NCBI GenBank assembly: GCA_963719315.1
Contig: CAVRBU010000001.1
Coordinates: forward strand, 576,001 to 640,000
From: an uncultured Planctomycetota bacterium
GTDB lineage: Bacteria > Planctomycetota > Planctomycetia > Pirellulales > Lacipirellulaceae
Direction of reading: 5' to 3'
Length of the DNA: 64,000 nucleotides
Of the stretch, positions 9,219 through 18,152 are shown one piece after another. Every line of letters begins with the position of its first letter. Within the stretch, counting starts at the first letter, position 1. The position numbers and the translations under genes were made by a program. The notes below the pieces were generated by a model that ran no database searches, was not told the DNA's origin, and saw only the letters and a list, made by a program, of their open reading frames with translations.

Positions 9219-10544
9219 TCACTCATCCGCAAACTGCTTCAGCACCAACTCTGCCACTTGCGTATCGGCCAGTTGGCCGCCGAGGAAGACTCCGGGTTCG
9301 GAGGTGAGGAGGACGCCGCGTTGGGACGGGTCTTTGGCCGGCGCACCGTGCGAGCCGTGAACGAGGTTGGCGTTGAGCGGAATCGTTTTCGAGCGGGCGT
9401 CGAAGAAGAGCTCGACCGGGTCGTAGCCGGGCTTGCGATGGATGTCGACGGTGCGAGCGTATTGCGGGGCTTTGGCATCTTCTTGCCACCAGTAATAAGC
9501 CTGCCAACTGTGCGGGTCGGAAATGAGCACGAGGTCGCCGCTGCGCGGGTGGTCGAGCTTATAGGCGGCGAGGCCCTCGGCGGTGAGCACTTCGGCAATG
9601 CCGGGTTGCTTGGCGAATAGTCGGGCGACCTTTTTGATCGTCTTGGGATCGGAATCTTGTACGTAGACGTGCGAGAATTGGTGGTCTACAAGTGCCCAAG
9701 CTTTGCTGTTGCCGAAGTCGAGGTGCTCTCCATCATCCGCTTGGCTGACTTTCAACAGGCCGGCATCGCGGAGAATGCGGTTGGGAAAGGCAACGTCGTT
9801 GACGGTGGAGATCACGTACTCGCTGGCCGCGAGCCAGAGCGGCGCTTCGCTGTACGCCTTATGGAAACCGGCGATAAGCTTACCGAGCTCGGCATCTAAA
9901 TCTGCTACGGCCTGGTGAGCGGCCTTGCTATCGGGGCCGCCTTTTTGGGCCGCGTAATCCAGGTGCGGCAAATAGATGTAGACGAAGTTGGGTTTGTATT
10001 TTTCGACCGTGAGAATCGCCGAATCGACGATCCAGGTGCTGGACTGAATTCCGGCCAACGGTCCCCAGAAATGTTGCAACGGGAAGTGGCCGAACTTACC
10101 CTTTAGCTCGTCGTACAGTCCCTCGGGGCGCGTAAAGCACCAGGGCGATTCGCTGCCGTCGGCGTTGTGGACCGGGGCGGGAGTGCAGATGTAGTCGGCG
10201 CCGCTGCCCTTGCTATGGAGCGGGAACCACACGGCAGAGGTGATCGCCCGGTCGCGGTCGTGGAGGATGTCCCAGATTTGGGGCCGCTGGATGCAGTCGT
10301 TCCAAGCGGTCCACATTTCCACGCGGCGTTGGTCGCGCCAGTAGAAACCATTGGCGACGACACCGTGCTCGCGCGGCGAGCAGCCGGTCGTCATATTGGC
10401 TTGCACCGGGCAGGTGACGGCCGGAAAGCTGGGAACAAGGATCGCGTGCCCGCCGCCGACGAACAGCCTCGACAGATTTGGCATCGAGGACAGGTCGCGG
10501 GAGCGGAGCCCGGGAATCGAAAGCAAAACGACGAATCTGGCCAT
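9219..10544 (-). CDS. Alkaline phosphatase / nucleotide pyrophosphatase superfamily protein, EboF-like
   Basis: FPAVTCPVQA, HGVVANG, YLPHLDY, VDIHRKPGYDPVELF, GSHG motifs. Confidence 0.88.
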   Translation of the reverse strand: MARFVVLLSIPGLRSRDLSSMPNLSRLFVGGGHAILVPSFPAVTCPVQANMTTGCSPREHGVVANGFYWRDQRRVEMWTAWNDCIQRPQIWDILHDRDRAITSAVWFPLHSKGSGADYICTPAPVHNADGSESPWCFTRPEGLYDELKGKFGHFPLQHFWGPLAGIQSSTWIVDSAILTVEKYKPNFVYIYLPHLDYAAQKGGPDSKAAHQAVADLDAELGKLIAGFHKAYSEAPLWLAASEYVISTVNDVAFPNRILRDAGLLKVSQADDGEHLDFGNSKAWALVDHQFSHVYVQDSDPKTIKKVARLFAKQPGIAEVLTAEGLAAYKLDHPRSGDLVLISDPHSWQAYYWWQEDAKAPQYARTVDIHRKPGYDPVELFFDARSKTIPLNANLVHGSHGAPAKDPSQRGVLLTSEPGVFLGGQLADTQVAELVLKQFADE

Positions 10545-10616
10545 TCAATTCCCGATAAAATTGCGCTCGTTGTGGATATGTTGTCGGAGGTGCCGAAAGT
10601 TTTTGTTTTTCTACCG

Positions 10617-11483
10617 TTAGTGCTTGGCGCGAATGGTGGTCTCTACTAGCGGTCGCAGGAAATTATACGCACGTTGGGCAGCAGCCGGCCCCTCGTGGCT
10701 ATGCCGGCTGAGCTCAACGCTGAGGAGCCCATCATACCCAATCTCGGCCAGCGCCGCGATAACCGGCGGAAAATCGATTTCCCCCTCGCCAAACATCAGG
10801 TGCTCGTGGACGCCTGGCCGCATGTCCTCGATATGGACGTTGGCCAGCCGGTCGGCGTATTCCCCGATTTTGGCCGGAATTGGCACTTCGCCGAGGCAGT
10901 GGAGGTGGCCGATGTCGATCGTCAGCCGAAGCCGGGCTGAGTCTATGCCGCGAACCGCCAATTCGGAGAGAAGTTTGTCGTAGGCGGCCAGCGTATCGAT
11001 GAACATGCCCGGCTCGGGCTCGAAGGCCAAATCGACGCTGCAATTGTCGGCGTGGGCGAGAACGCGAGACAGACCGTCCGACAGGCGAGAATATGCCTCA
11101 GACTGTCCTGCCCCGTCTTGCAGGATGCCTGACCAAAGTGAAACGCAATCGGCTTTTAATTCGGCAGCAATGTCGATAGAGCGACGCAAGAAGTCGATCC
11201 GCAGCGCACGGCCGTGGGGGTCGGCGGTGACGAACGTCGGCTCGTGTTTCGCACGCGGATCGAGGAGAAATCGGGCACCGGTTTCGATTACGCAGCGGAA
11301 GTTGTGCTTCTCGAGTGCCGCGGCAACTTGCTCGAGCTGGTCAGTTGTTCGTTCATCAAACGGATTAAGGGCGCCGTGGTCCAGCGCAATCGAAACGCCC
11401 TGATAGCCAATTTCGGCCAGGAGCGCGATTGCGTCGAGTAGATCGTGGTGCGCGAGGCCGTTGGTGTTGTAGGCGAGGAGCAT
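10617..11483 (-). CDS. Sugar phosphate isomerase/epimerase (xylose-isomerase-like TIM barrel)
   Basis: FEPEPG, LTIDIGH, NVHIEDM, HEHLMFGEGEIDF, SVELSRH motifs. Confidence 0.88.
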   Translation of the reverse strand: MLLAYNTNGLAHHDLLDAIALLAEIGYQGVSIALDHGALNPFDERTTDQLEQVAAALEKHNFRCVIETGARFLLDPRAKHEPTFVTADPHGRALRIDFLRRSIDIAAELKADCVSLWSGILQDGAGQSEAYSRLSDGLSRVLAHADNCSVDLAFEPEPGMFIDTLAAYDKLLSELAVRGIDSARLRLTIDIGHLHCLGEVPIPAKIGEYADRLANVHIEDMRPGVHEHLMFGEGEIDFPPVIAALAEIGYDGLLSVELSRHSHEGPAAAQRAYNFLRPLVETTIRAKH

Positions 11484-11513
11484 GGCGATTGAGCGATGAT
11501 CAACGGCTCGCGA

Positions 11514-11852
11514 CTATTGGGACTTCAACCGGATCAGGATCGTCTGCCAAATCTCCGCCACGCCCAGTTTTGCGGCGAATTCCGCAACGTAACCATAGTC
11601 GATCAAGTCGTTGCTGAATTCCAACATGCCGGTAATGTCGCGGAGATGCTTGTCTGAACCGCCTTCGCGATAGTAAACGAGTTTGCCGATGATCACATCT
11701 TCCGGCGCTGCGACAGCAGCAACTTGGTCTGGAAACAATTGCACGCGCTTCCGCGAGCTAGTTGATTAGCGTTCTAAGCCGACAATGGCATACGGAATGC
11801 CGGGCCGATCGAGCACATCCACTGCAAACTTGAGAAGATCAGTCTGTTTCAC
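11514..11852 (-). pseudogene. Nucleotidyltransferase-like gene remnant with internal deletion
   Basis: GTG 11852 gives MKQTDLLKFAVDVLDRPGIPYAIVG, then LER* and, in the same frame, APEDVIIGKLVYYREGGSDKHLRDITGML; the GS...DxD catalytic core is missing. Confidence 0.7.
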
Positions 11853-12069
11853 CGCAAACCCGTATGATCACTTCGGCTCGAACCTGGGATTCGCTCCAAT
11901 CGGGGTGTTGGTAGCGAACTCCAGCGGCAGCCAAGACCCTTGCGGTACGATTGGCGGCGCCGATCATCTCGACGCGCTCCGCCGCATTCTTTGTGCGCAA
12001 AACCTCGGCCAGATCGTGGTCGATGACTTCGATGCGAGTTGGCTGAACTGCGCGATCTATTGGGTTCAA
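11839..12069 (-). CDS. Small hypothetical protein of the type paired with nucleotidyltransferases (antitoxin-like)
   Basis: 76 aa, ...VLRTKNAAERV...GVRYQHPDWSESQV..., overlaps the NTase remnant start. Confidence 0.7.
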   Translation of the reverse strand: MNPIDRAVQPTRIEVIDHDLAEVLRTKNAAERVEMIGAANRTARVLAAAGVRYQHPDWSESQVRAEVIIRVCGETD

Positions 12070-12131
12070 TCCCTTTCCGGCAACGCCATTGTACCATCTT
12101 TAGCGCGACCGCTGTAGATAAGCCGGTTAGC

Positions 12132-12253
12132 GGTGGTGTCCTAATTTGCGGCACAACAACCTTGTGGCACGGACTTCAGTCCGTGATTCTCGTACGGACT
12201 GAAGTCCGTGCTACAAAGTTCCGGTCCAAACGATGCCAAATTAGGACACCACC
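12132..12253. mobile_element. 122-bp MITE-like element containing a REP-like doublet
   Basis: Perfect 17-bp TIR GGTGGTGTCCTAATTTG / CAAATTAGGACACCACC; flanking CGGTTAGC / CGGTTTGC (7 of 8 identical); internal inverted GT(A/G)GCACGGACTTCAGTCCGT hairpins. Confidence 0.75.
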
Positions 12254-12393
12254 CGGTTTGCGTTTGGTAGTTATGCCCGTGTTTGATTCGTACGACACGC
12301 CGCCGCTTTTGGCGAGCGACGCTAAATTGCCTACAATGAGACAAACACATTGCGCTTTATTGGCCGCCCGTAAGAAACCATATCTCGCCCGAC

Positions 12394-13059
12394 ATGATGC
12401 TTTTGATCGACAATTACGACAGCTTCGTCCATAACCTCGCGCGTTATTTCGCACGACTGGGGCAGGAAACGCGAGTCGTGCGGAATGATGCGATCGATGC
12501 GGATGAGGTTCGGCGTCTGCGGCCTGCGGCTGTGGTATTTTCGCCCGGGCCGTGCACGCCGCGGGAGGCGGGGGCGTCGCTGGAGATCGTGCGGGCGTTG
12601 TACGCGGAAGTGCCGTTCCTGGGTGTCTGTCTGGGACATCAGGTGATCGCGGAAGCACTCGGCGGCCGGATTGTGCGAGCGCCGCTGCCGGTGCATGGGC
12701 AGGCGTCGCAAATCTTGCATGACGCGGCCGGATTGTTTGCAGGCGTGCCGTCGCCTATGCGGGTAGGGCGATATCATTCGCTGGTGGTCGAATCGGCGAC
12801 TTTGCCGGTCGAGTTGCTGCCGACGGCTTGGACCGAGGACGGTGTGTTGATGGCGTTCGAACACACGCGCTATCCAGTTTACGGAGTGCAGTTTCATCCT
12901 GAATCGATACTTACGGAACACGGGTATGAATTGCTGACGAACTTTTTGGAGTTGGCCGGCTTTGCGAGCGGAGGGCGCCGGTCAAAGGCCGATATGCAAG
13001 AATTTGTTCAACCCGCCTCTCAGCCGGCGCTGCTGCCCGATCGCCCCGTTACGTTTTGA
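12394..13059 (+). CDS. pabA: Aminodeoxychorismate/anthranilate synthase component II (glutamine amidotransferase)
   Basis: LIDNYDSF, SPGPCTP, LGVCLGHQ, RYHSL, GVQFHPES. Confidence 0.92.
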   Translation: MMLLIDNYDSFVHNLARYFARLGQETRVVRNDAIDADEVRRLRPAAVVFSPGPCTPREAGASLEIVRALYAEVPFLGVCLGHQVIAEALGGRIVRAPLPVHGQASQILHDAAGLFAGVPSPMRVGRYHSLVVESATLPVELLPTAWTEDGVLMAFEHTRYPVYGVQFHPESILTEHGYELLTNFLELAGFASGGRRSKADMQEFVQPASQPALLPDRPVTF

Positions 13060-13067
13060 GGCCGCGC

Positions 13068-13706
13068 ATGTCCACCGACGAAACGGCTTCTGGCCCGCGT
13101 TTGCCCGACGGACTCCTCCTTGAAGGTATCGTCACGACGCTCAACGATGATGGTTCGCCGCACATTGCGCCAATGGGGCCGATTGTTGACGCCGAGTTCA
13201 TGCGGATTTTGCTCCGTCCGTTTCGTACATCGACGACGTATCACAACTTGAAACGGGCCGGTCTAGGGGTGCTGCACGTGACCGACGATGTGGAGATGTT
13301 CGCCCGTGCCGCCGTGGGGCGGCTCGATGTGTTGCCGCGGTTGCTGCCGGCCAACGTGGTGGAGGGCGTGATTTTGGCCGAAGCGTGCCGCTGGTATGCG
13401 TTTCGCGTGGAATCGCTCGACGATCGGGCAGAGCGGACCGCAATCTTAGCAAAAGTCGTCGATCGCGGGTGGCTGCGCGACTTTCTGGGCTTCAATCGCG
13501 CTAAGCACGCGATTATTGAGGCCGCAATTTTGGCGACCCGAATTCAATGGCTGGAAGCCGCCCACATTCGCGGCGAGTTTGAGCGACTGGCCGTGCTTGT
13601 CGAGAAGACAGGCGGGCGGCAAGAACACTCGGCTTTCGCGTTCTTGCAGCAGTTCGTGCGCGAACAATTGGAGGCAGGGGTTCGGCCGGAGACGGTGGGC
13701 AGATGA
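13068..13706 (+). CDS. DUF447 family protein (H4MPT-biosynthesis associated)
   Basis: LEGIVTT, PHIAPMGP, LRPFRTSTT, GFNRAKHAIIEAAILATR; lies between pabA and mptG. Confidence 0.82.
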   Translation: MSTDETASGPRLPDGLLLEGIVTTLNDDGSPHIAPMGPIVDAEFMRILLRPFRTSTTYHNLKRAGLGVLHVTDDVEMFARAAVGRLDVLPRLLPANVVEGVILAEACRWYAFRVESLDDRAERTAILAKVVDRGWLRDFLGFNRAKHAIIEAAILATRIQWLEAAHIRGEFERLAVLVEKTGGRQEHSAFAFLQQFVREQLEAGVRPETVGR

Positions 13707-14656
13707 GCGCATCCGTCAATGTCCGAACACCGTGCCGGCTGCACTTCGGGATGTTCAGTTTTGGATGTGAAGACCGACCGCAATTTGGCGGCGTAGGTGT
13801 GATGGTTGAACCGCCCAGTGTGTGCGTTTCGATACAGCCGGCGGATCGCTTCTCGGTACGAGGCGATCATGCGGGGCGGGCCCGGCAGTTCGTCGAATTG
13901 GCCGCGAGCACTTGGCAATTGCCGTCGTTGCCCAATTGCCGAGTCGAAATTCGGTCGCCGGGGGATCACACGGGTCTAGGCGTGGGAACGCAATTGGGTT
14001 TGGCGATTGCCGCTGGCTTGCGGAGATTCCTGCAGTTGCCAGAACTGCCGGTCGCGTTGCTCGCGCGGGCCGTAGGACGCGGCCAACGGTCGGCTGTGGG
14101 AACCTACGGATTTCAATTGGGCGGGATGATTGTGGATGCGGGCAAGCACGAGGAAGATCAACTTGGGACGTTGGCTCGGCGAGTTGCGCTGCCGGCGGCC
14201 TGGCGGTTTGTCCTCGTTCGCTCGACGGTCGAGCGGGGATTGGCCGGCGATCGCGAGAAGGACGCGTTCGCCAAATTGCCGCCCGTGCCGGATGACGTCA
14301 CGCGCGAGTTATGGCGGATCACGAACGAGCAGATGGCGCCGGCGGTCGCCCGTGCAGACTGCGCCGAATTCGGCGAGGCCGTGTACCAATTCGGCCGACT
14401 GGCCGGCGAATGTTTCGCAACTGAGCAGGGAGGGCCGTTCGCGAGTCTGCTAATCGAGCGGCTCGTTACGTCCATTCGCGATCAGGGCGTACCCGGCGTC
14501 GGCCAATCGTCGTGGGGACCGACCGTCTTTGCAATCACCGAAAACAATACGGCCGCAAATGAGCTGGCGAACTGGATTCGAGGCAACGCAAAGTGCCGCG
14601 AGTGCTACGTCACCATCGCCCGGCCGAAGAATACCGGAGTTGCGACTACGGACTAG
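13703..14656 (+). CDS. mptG: Beta-ribofuranosylaminobenzene 5'-phosphate synthase (GHMP family)
   Basis: TPCRLHFG, HTGLGVGTQL, GRGQRSAVG, GGMIVDAG, GQSSWGPT; ATGA overlap with upstream gene. Confidence 0.85.
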   Translation: MSASVNVRTPCRLHFGMFSFGCEDRPQFGGVGVMVEPPSVCVSIQPADRFSVRGDHAGRARQFVELAASTWQLPSLPNCRVEIRSPGDHTGLGVGTQLGLAIAAGLRRFLQLPELPVALLARAVGRGQRSAVGTYGFQLGGMIVDAGKHEEDQLGTLARRVALPAAWRFVLVRSTVERGLAGDREKDAFAKLPPVPDDVTRELWRITNEQMAPAVARADCAEFGEAVYQFGRLAGECFATEQGGPFASLLIERLVTSIRDQGVPGVGQSSWGPTVFAITENNTAANELANWIRGNAKCRECYVTIARPKNTGVATTD

Positions 14657-14696
14657 CAGCATGGGTCCCGATCTCCCGTCGCCTTAAATTCCACTC

Positions 14697-15488
14697 CTAC
14701 AATTCGAGCCCGTCGGGGTAAACGCCATCTTCGGCGAAAATCGTAGCGACGAAGTGAAGTTGCCGTCGGTCCGCGCAACGGCCCGTAATTTCTACTCTTT
14801 TTGCGAGCTGTCGAAGTGGGAATATCCGGCAAACGGCATTGCATATCTCAAGCACTTTAACGCAATCAACTGGGGTCCATGCAAGCCTTAGCAGCAATGC
14901 CTCTATTTGCAATGTAATGAGATAGGACGGCTTGATGGATTCCTCAAGGTCCGTCGACATTAATGCAAACTTCTTGTTGCCGCCGATTACCCAGTTAACG
15001 CCGTCCGCTGGGCAGAATGCCATATCAACCGTCGAATTGTCTGGCAACCGGCCCTCATTATAGAAGCAGTGAATTTGTTCCAGCGGAATGATTTTCTTGT
15101 AGTTACTGGCGTAGTTTAGGGTGACAGCCGTCTTAAACGTCCATCTCGCGAGCGTGTCGCACACGTTGCGGCCAAGCATTTTGGGACAGACGCCTTTCCA
15201 CAGCGATTCCAAAATCGGCCTTGCTGCAACCTCTAAGCCGGACATCCAGCCGCTGTTGCACGTAACACACACGCTTCCGAGAATGAGAGAATCGATACTT
15301 TGTTCTCGTTCGTTAAGAATCTCGGAATCCTCGCTCAAGACAGATGGCTCGTTCGGATACGTCAAAGTCGATCCAACTATTCTTTCGTGGATGTAACCGA
15401 GGTGAGAAACTGCCCACCTGGGGATTACGTGCTCCCTACTGCGGTTTTTTCGCGTCAGCGGAGTATTGCAGAATAAGCATGCTCGCAT
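14697..15488 (-). CDS. HNH-like zinc-binding protein (putative endonuclease), lower GC
   Basis: CLFC...SREHVIP...VCVTCNSGWMS pattern; visibly more AT-rich than the neighbouring genes. Confidence 0.65.
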   Translation of the reverse strand: MRACLFCNTPLTRKNRSREHVIPRWAVSHLGYIHERIVGSTLTYPNEPSVLSEDSEILNEREQSIDSLILGSVCVTCNSGWMSGLEVAARPILESLWKGVCPKMLGRNVCDTLARWTFKTAVTLNYASNYKKIIPLEQIHCFYNEGRLPDNSTVDMAFCPADGVNWVIGGNKKFALMSTDLEESIKPSYLITLQIEALLLRLAWTPVDCVKVLEICNAVCRIFPLRQLAKRVEITGRCADRRQLHFVATIFAEDGVYPDGLEL

Positions 15489-15619
15489 CGTCAGAACCTT
15501 CTAGCGTGGGGGGAATTGCGACGGAGTAAATTATACGGGACAGGAGTGGCTGTGTAGCACAACTCAACGACTAGAAGAGCCACAATGTTGTGGATGAGGG
15601 CGAGTAAGCGGAGTTCGTC

Positions 15620-15838
15620 GGGTGCCACTGGCTCTGCCAGTGCGAAGTGGCAACCACCATCGCTGGCTAATGGCGTTGTTCAAGCTCGGTCCGTGAAATG
15701 CGTCTCTAGAATCGTTCCAAGTGGTAGGAGCCAGAGCCAGCTTGTTCGTGGCATCGAACTGTTGGAGTATTGAATAAAGGCAAGGCTCATTACCGCAAGC
15801 CGGCGGCAACCGGAGCACGGGCATAGCCCGTGGCACCC
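15620..15838. repeat. Inverted pair of 24-bp REP-like palindromes
   Basis: GGGTGCCACTGGCTCTGCCAGTGC (15620-15643) and the inverted GCACGGGCATAGCCCGTGGCACCC (15815-15838). Confidence 0.7.
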
Positions 15839-15870
15839 ATCGAGTACGCCAGCCGCTACCAACTACCAAC

Positions 15871-16998
15871 TTAGGCAAGTACGTCGCGATACGTGGAGAT
15901 AAGCCGTGCGGCGGCGGTGCGGATGTCGAAGGCCGCTTCGGCGCGGCGGCGGGCGGCGGCGGCCAGCGATTGGCGGCGGTTGTCGTCTCGGAGTAAGGCC
16001 AGTGTTGCGCTGGCGAGGTCGGTGGAGTTGTCGGGGCGGATGAGGAGTGCGCCGTCGGTTTCGGTGGGGAAGATTTCGCGGGTGCCGCCGGCGGCGGTGG
16101 CGATCGACGCTAAGCCGCAAGCGGCGGATTCTAGCAAGATGCGGCCGAGGGGCTCCTGGCGGGCGGCGTGGACGAGGAGGGTGCATTCGGGCAAGAGTAG
16201 TGGGATGTCGCTACGACTGCCGAGGAAATGGATGCGACCCGCCAGTAATTTTTCAGCGGCGATCGATTGGAGCAGTGCTTCGAAGTCGCATGATTCCACT
16301 TTGTTCGAAGTGCGCTCGCCGACGATTAGCCAATGGACGTTTGGCGCCTCATCGGCGATTTGCAATGCAGCGGAAAGGGCGACGTCGGTCCCCTTACGGA
16401 GACCGAGTTGGCCAACGACGGCGATAAGCGGCGCGCCAGGCGGCAAGCTGAGTTCGCGGTGTAAAAAGCCGGTGGGCGGTCGGGGGCGAAACTCGTCCAG
16501 ATCAACGCCGTTGTTAAGGACGAAGCATTTTTCCGCGTCGAGGCCCTGCGCGACGTGGAAATCACGCGTAGCTCGCGAGACGGCCAACAGCCGGCAGTGC
16601 CGGTTCAAGTCGTCGATCACCTGGTTGGAGAGTTTGAGGATATCGCGCAGATGGCCGATGCTACGCAGGCCACATTCGACGGCGACCGGCCCAGCGATCC
16701 GTGCGGTAGAAAGGCTGTTGGCGTGCAGCAAGTCGGGCTGCGTGTTTTGTACGATGCTGGACAAGTCGGATCGCAGGCGATCGAGCGGATAGCGTTCGCC
16801 AGTGGCGTCGTGCGGTTGCCAAGCGACGTGCGAAATGTCACCGTCGCGAAGCGCGGCATCCAAGGGGCCTTCTGCGGGTGCGGCAACCACTACGTCGAAT
16901 CCGGCTGCCACGACGGCGGGCAGCGCGGCGAGCAGCGAGCGCTCGCCGCCGAGGAGCGTCGGGTATTCGCACAAAATTAGGAGCCGCGGCGTGGGCAT
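15871..16998 (-). CDS. Glycosyltransferase family 4 (GT-B)
   Basis: GGERSL, NNGVDLDEF, VGQLGLRKG, EPLGRILLESAACG. Confidence 0.92.
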   Translation of the reverse strand: MPTPRLLILCEYPTLLGGERSLLAALPAVVAAGFDVVVAAPAEGPLDAALRDGDISHVAWQPHDATGERYPLDRLRSDLSSIVQNTQPDLLHANSLSTARIAGPVAVECGLRSIGHLRDILKLSNQVIDDLNRHCRLLAVSRATRDFHVAQGLDAEKCFVLNNGVDLDEFRPRPPTGFLHRELSLPPGAPLIAVVGQLGLRKGTDVALSAALQIADEAPNVHWLIVGERTSNKVESCDFEALLQSIAAEKLLAGRIHFLGSRSDIPLLLPECTLLVHAARQEPLGRILLESAACGLASIATAAGGTREIFPTETDGALLIRPDNSTDLASATLALLRDDNRRQSLAAAARRRAEAAFDIRTAAARLISTYRDVLA

Positions 16999-17001
16999 GG
17001 G

Positions 17002-17064
17002 AGGTGTCGGGTGTCGGGTTTCAGGTGTCGGAATTCAAAGCCTGACACCGGACACCTGACACCT
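17002..17064. repeat. 7-bp periodic inverted-repeat (hairpin) element
   Basis: AGGTGTC GGGTGTC GGGTTTC AGGTGTC ... CCTGACA CCGGACA CCTGACA CCT, between dapA and the GT4 start. Confidence 0.75.
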
Positions 17065-17086
17065 CTCTCCCACCCTCAACTCTGCT

Positions 17087-17974
17087 TCACAGCAAGCCGT
17101 AATCCGCTAGCGTCTTTTTGAGGCGGGACATGCCGGAGTCTTCGAGAGGCGTCATCGGCAACCGCAGTCCGCCAGGGTCGCGGCCAAGCATTTTCATGGC
17201 GGCCTTGATCGGAATTGGGTTTGTGGAAAGGCCCAGCATATCGCGGCAGAGTGGGAACAACTTGCGGTGCCAACGTCGGGCTTCCTCAAGGTCGCCACGG
17301 TCCATCGCACTCGTAAGCGCGAGCATGTCTTTCGGCACGATGTTGCCAACGACGGAAATCACGCCGCGTCCGCCGATGGCCATCAGCGGCAGCGTAAGGC
17401 TGTCGTCGCCGCTGAGCAGGGTCAAATTCGTGGCCGTCGTGATTTGCGACGCCTGGTCGAGCGAGCCGGTCGCCTCTTTCACGAGCGCGATGTTTTCCAG
17501 CTCCGCCAGCCGGATGATGGTTTCCGGTTCGATGTTCTTACCGGTGCGGCCAGGGATGTTGTAGATGCACTGCGGCAGGCCGGTTTCTTCGGCGAGCCGT
17601 TTGAAGTGCTCGTAAAAACCCTGCTGCGTGGGCTTGTTGTAGTAGGGGGCAACTTGCAGGGCGGCATCGGCGCCAACCCTTTCGGCAAATTTCGTCAGCC
17701 GCAGGGCTTCGGCCGTGCTGTTCGAGCCGGTGCCGGGCATGACCTTGATGCGGCCGGCCACGGTTTCGACGACAAACGCCACGACGCGGTCCTGTTCGTC
17801 GTGGCTCAGTGTGGGCGATTCGCCAGTCGTGCCGACGGGGCAAAGGCAGTTCGTGCCAGCGGCGATTTGGAACTCGATTTGGGCAAGGAAGGTGTCGAAG
17901 TCGATCGCCTCCCCCTTAAACGGGGTGACGAGCGCCACCGACAGGCCGGCAAAAGCTTCGCCTTTGGTCTTCAT
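17087..17974 (-). CDS. dapA: 4-hydroxy-tetrahydrodipicolinate synthase
   Basis: [55 protein letters not shown] before ATG 17974. Confidence 0.97.
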   Translation of the reverse strand: MKTKGEAFAGLSVALVTPFKGEAIDFDTFLAQIEFQIAAGTNCLCPVGTTGESPTLSHDEQDRVVAFVVETVAGRIKVMPGTGSNSTAEALRLTKFAERVGADAALQVAPYYNKPTQQGFYEHFKRLAEETGLPQCIYNIPGRTGKNIEPETIIRLAELENIALVKEATGSLDQASQITTATNLTLLSGDDSLTLPLMAIGGRGVISVVGNIVPKDMLALTSAMDRGDLEEARRWHRKLFPLCRDMLGLSTNPIPIKAAMKMLGRDPGGLRLPMTPLEDSGMSRLKKTLADYGLL

Positions 17975-18152
17975 CAAACAGGTGCCTCCAAGCAGCATAC
18001 ATTGTGCCGTTCCGAAAGCGGCATGATAGAGAAAGCAGTCAGTGCTGGCAAATGGCCGGAGTGCGATCGCGTACCCTGTCCAGAACTTTATGCGCGGAGT
18101 GGTGTTTGATCCATGGGGGTGCAGGCTGGGAGCTACGGAAAAGGGTCTGCGC

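Noticed and set aside
9027..11768. TAA read-through or recoding in hicA and the NTase remnant
   Set aside because: Both genes carry additional lesions, and TAA is used as a normal stop elsewhere in the window
8763..15838. Integron cassette array (TA genes, HNH gene, palindromes)
   Set aside because: No integrase and no repeated attC-like RYYYAAC...GTTRRRY sites; the accessory genes are interspersed with pathway genes
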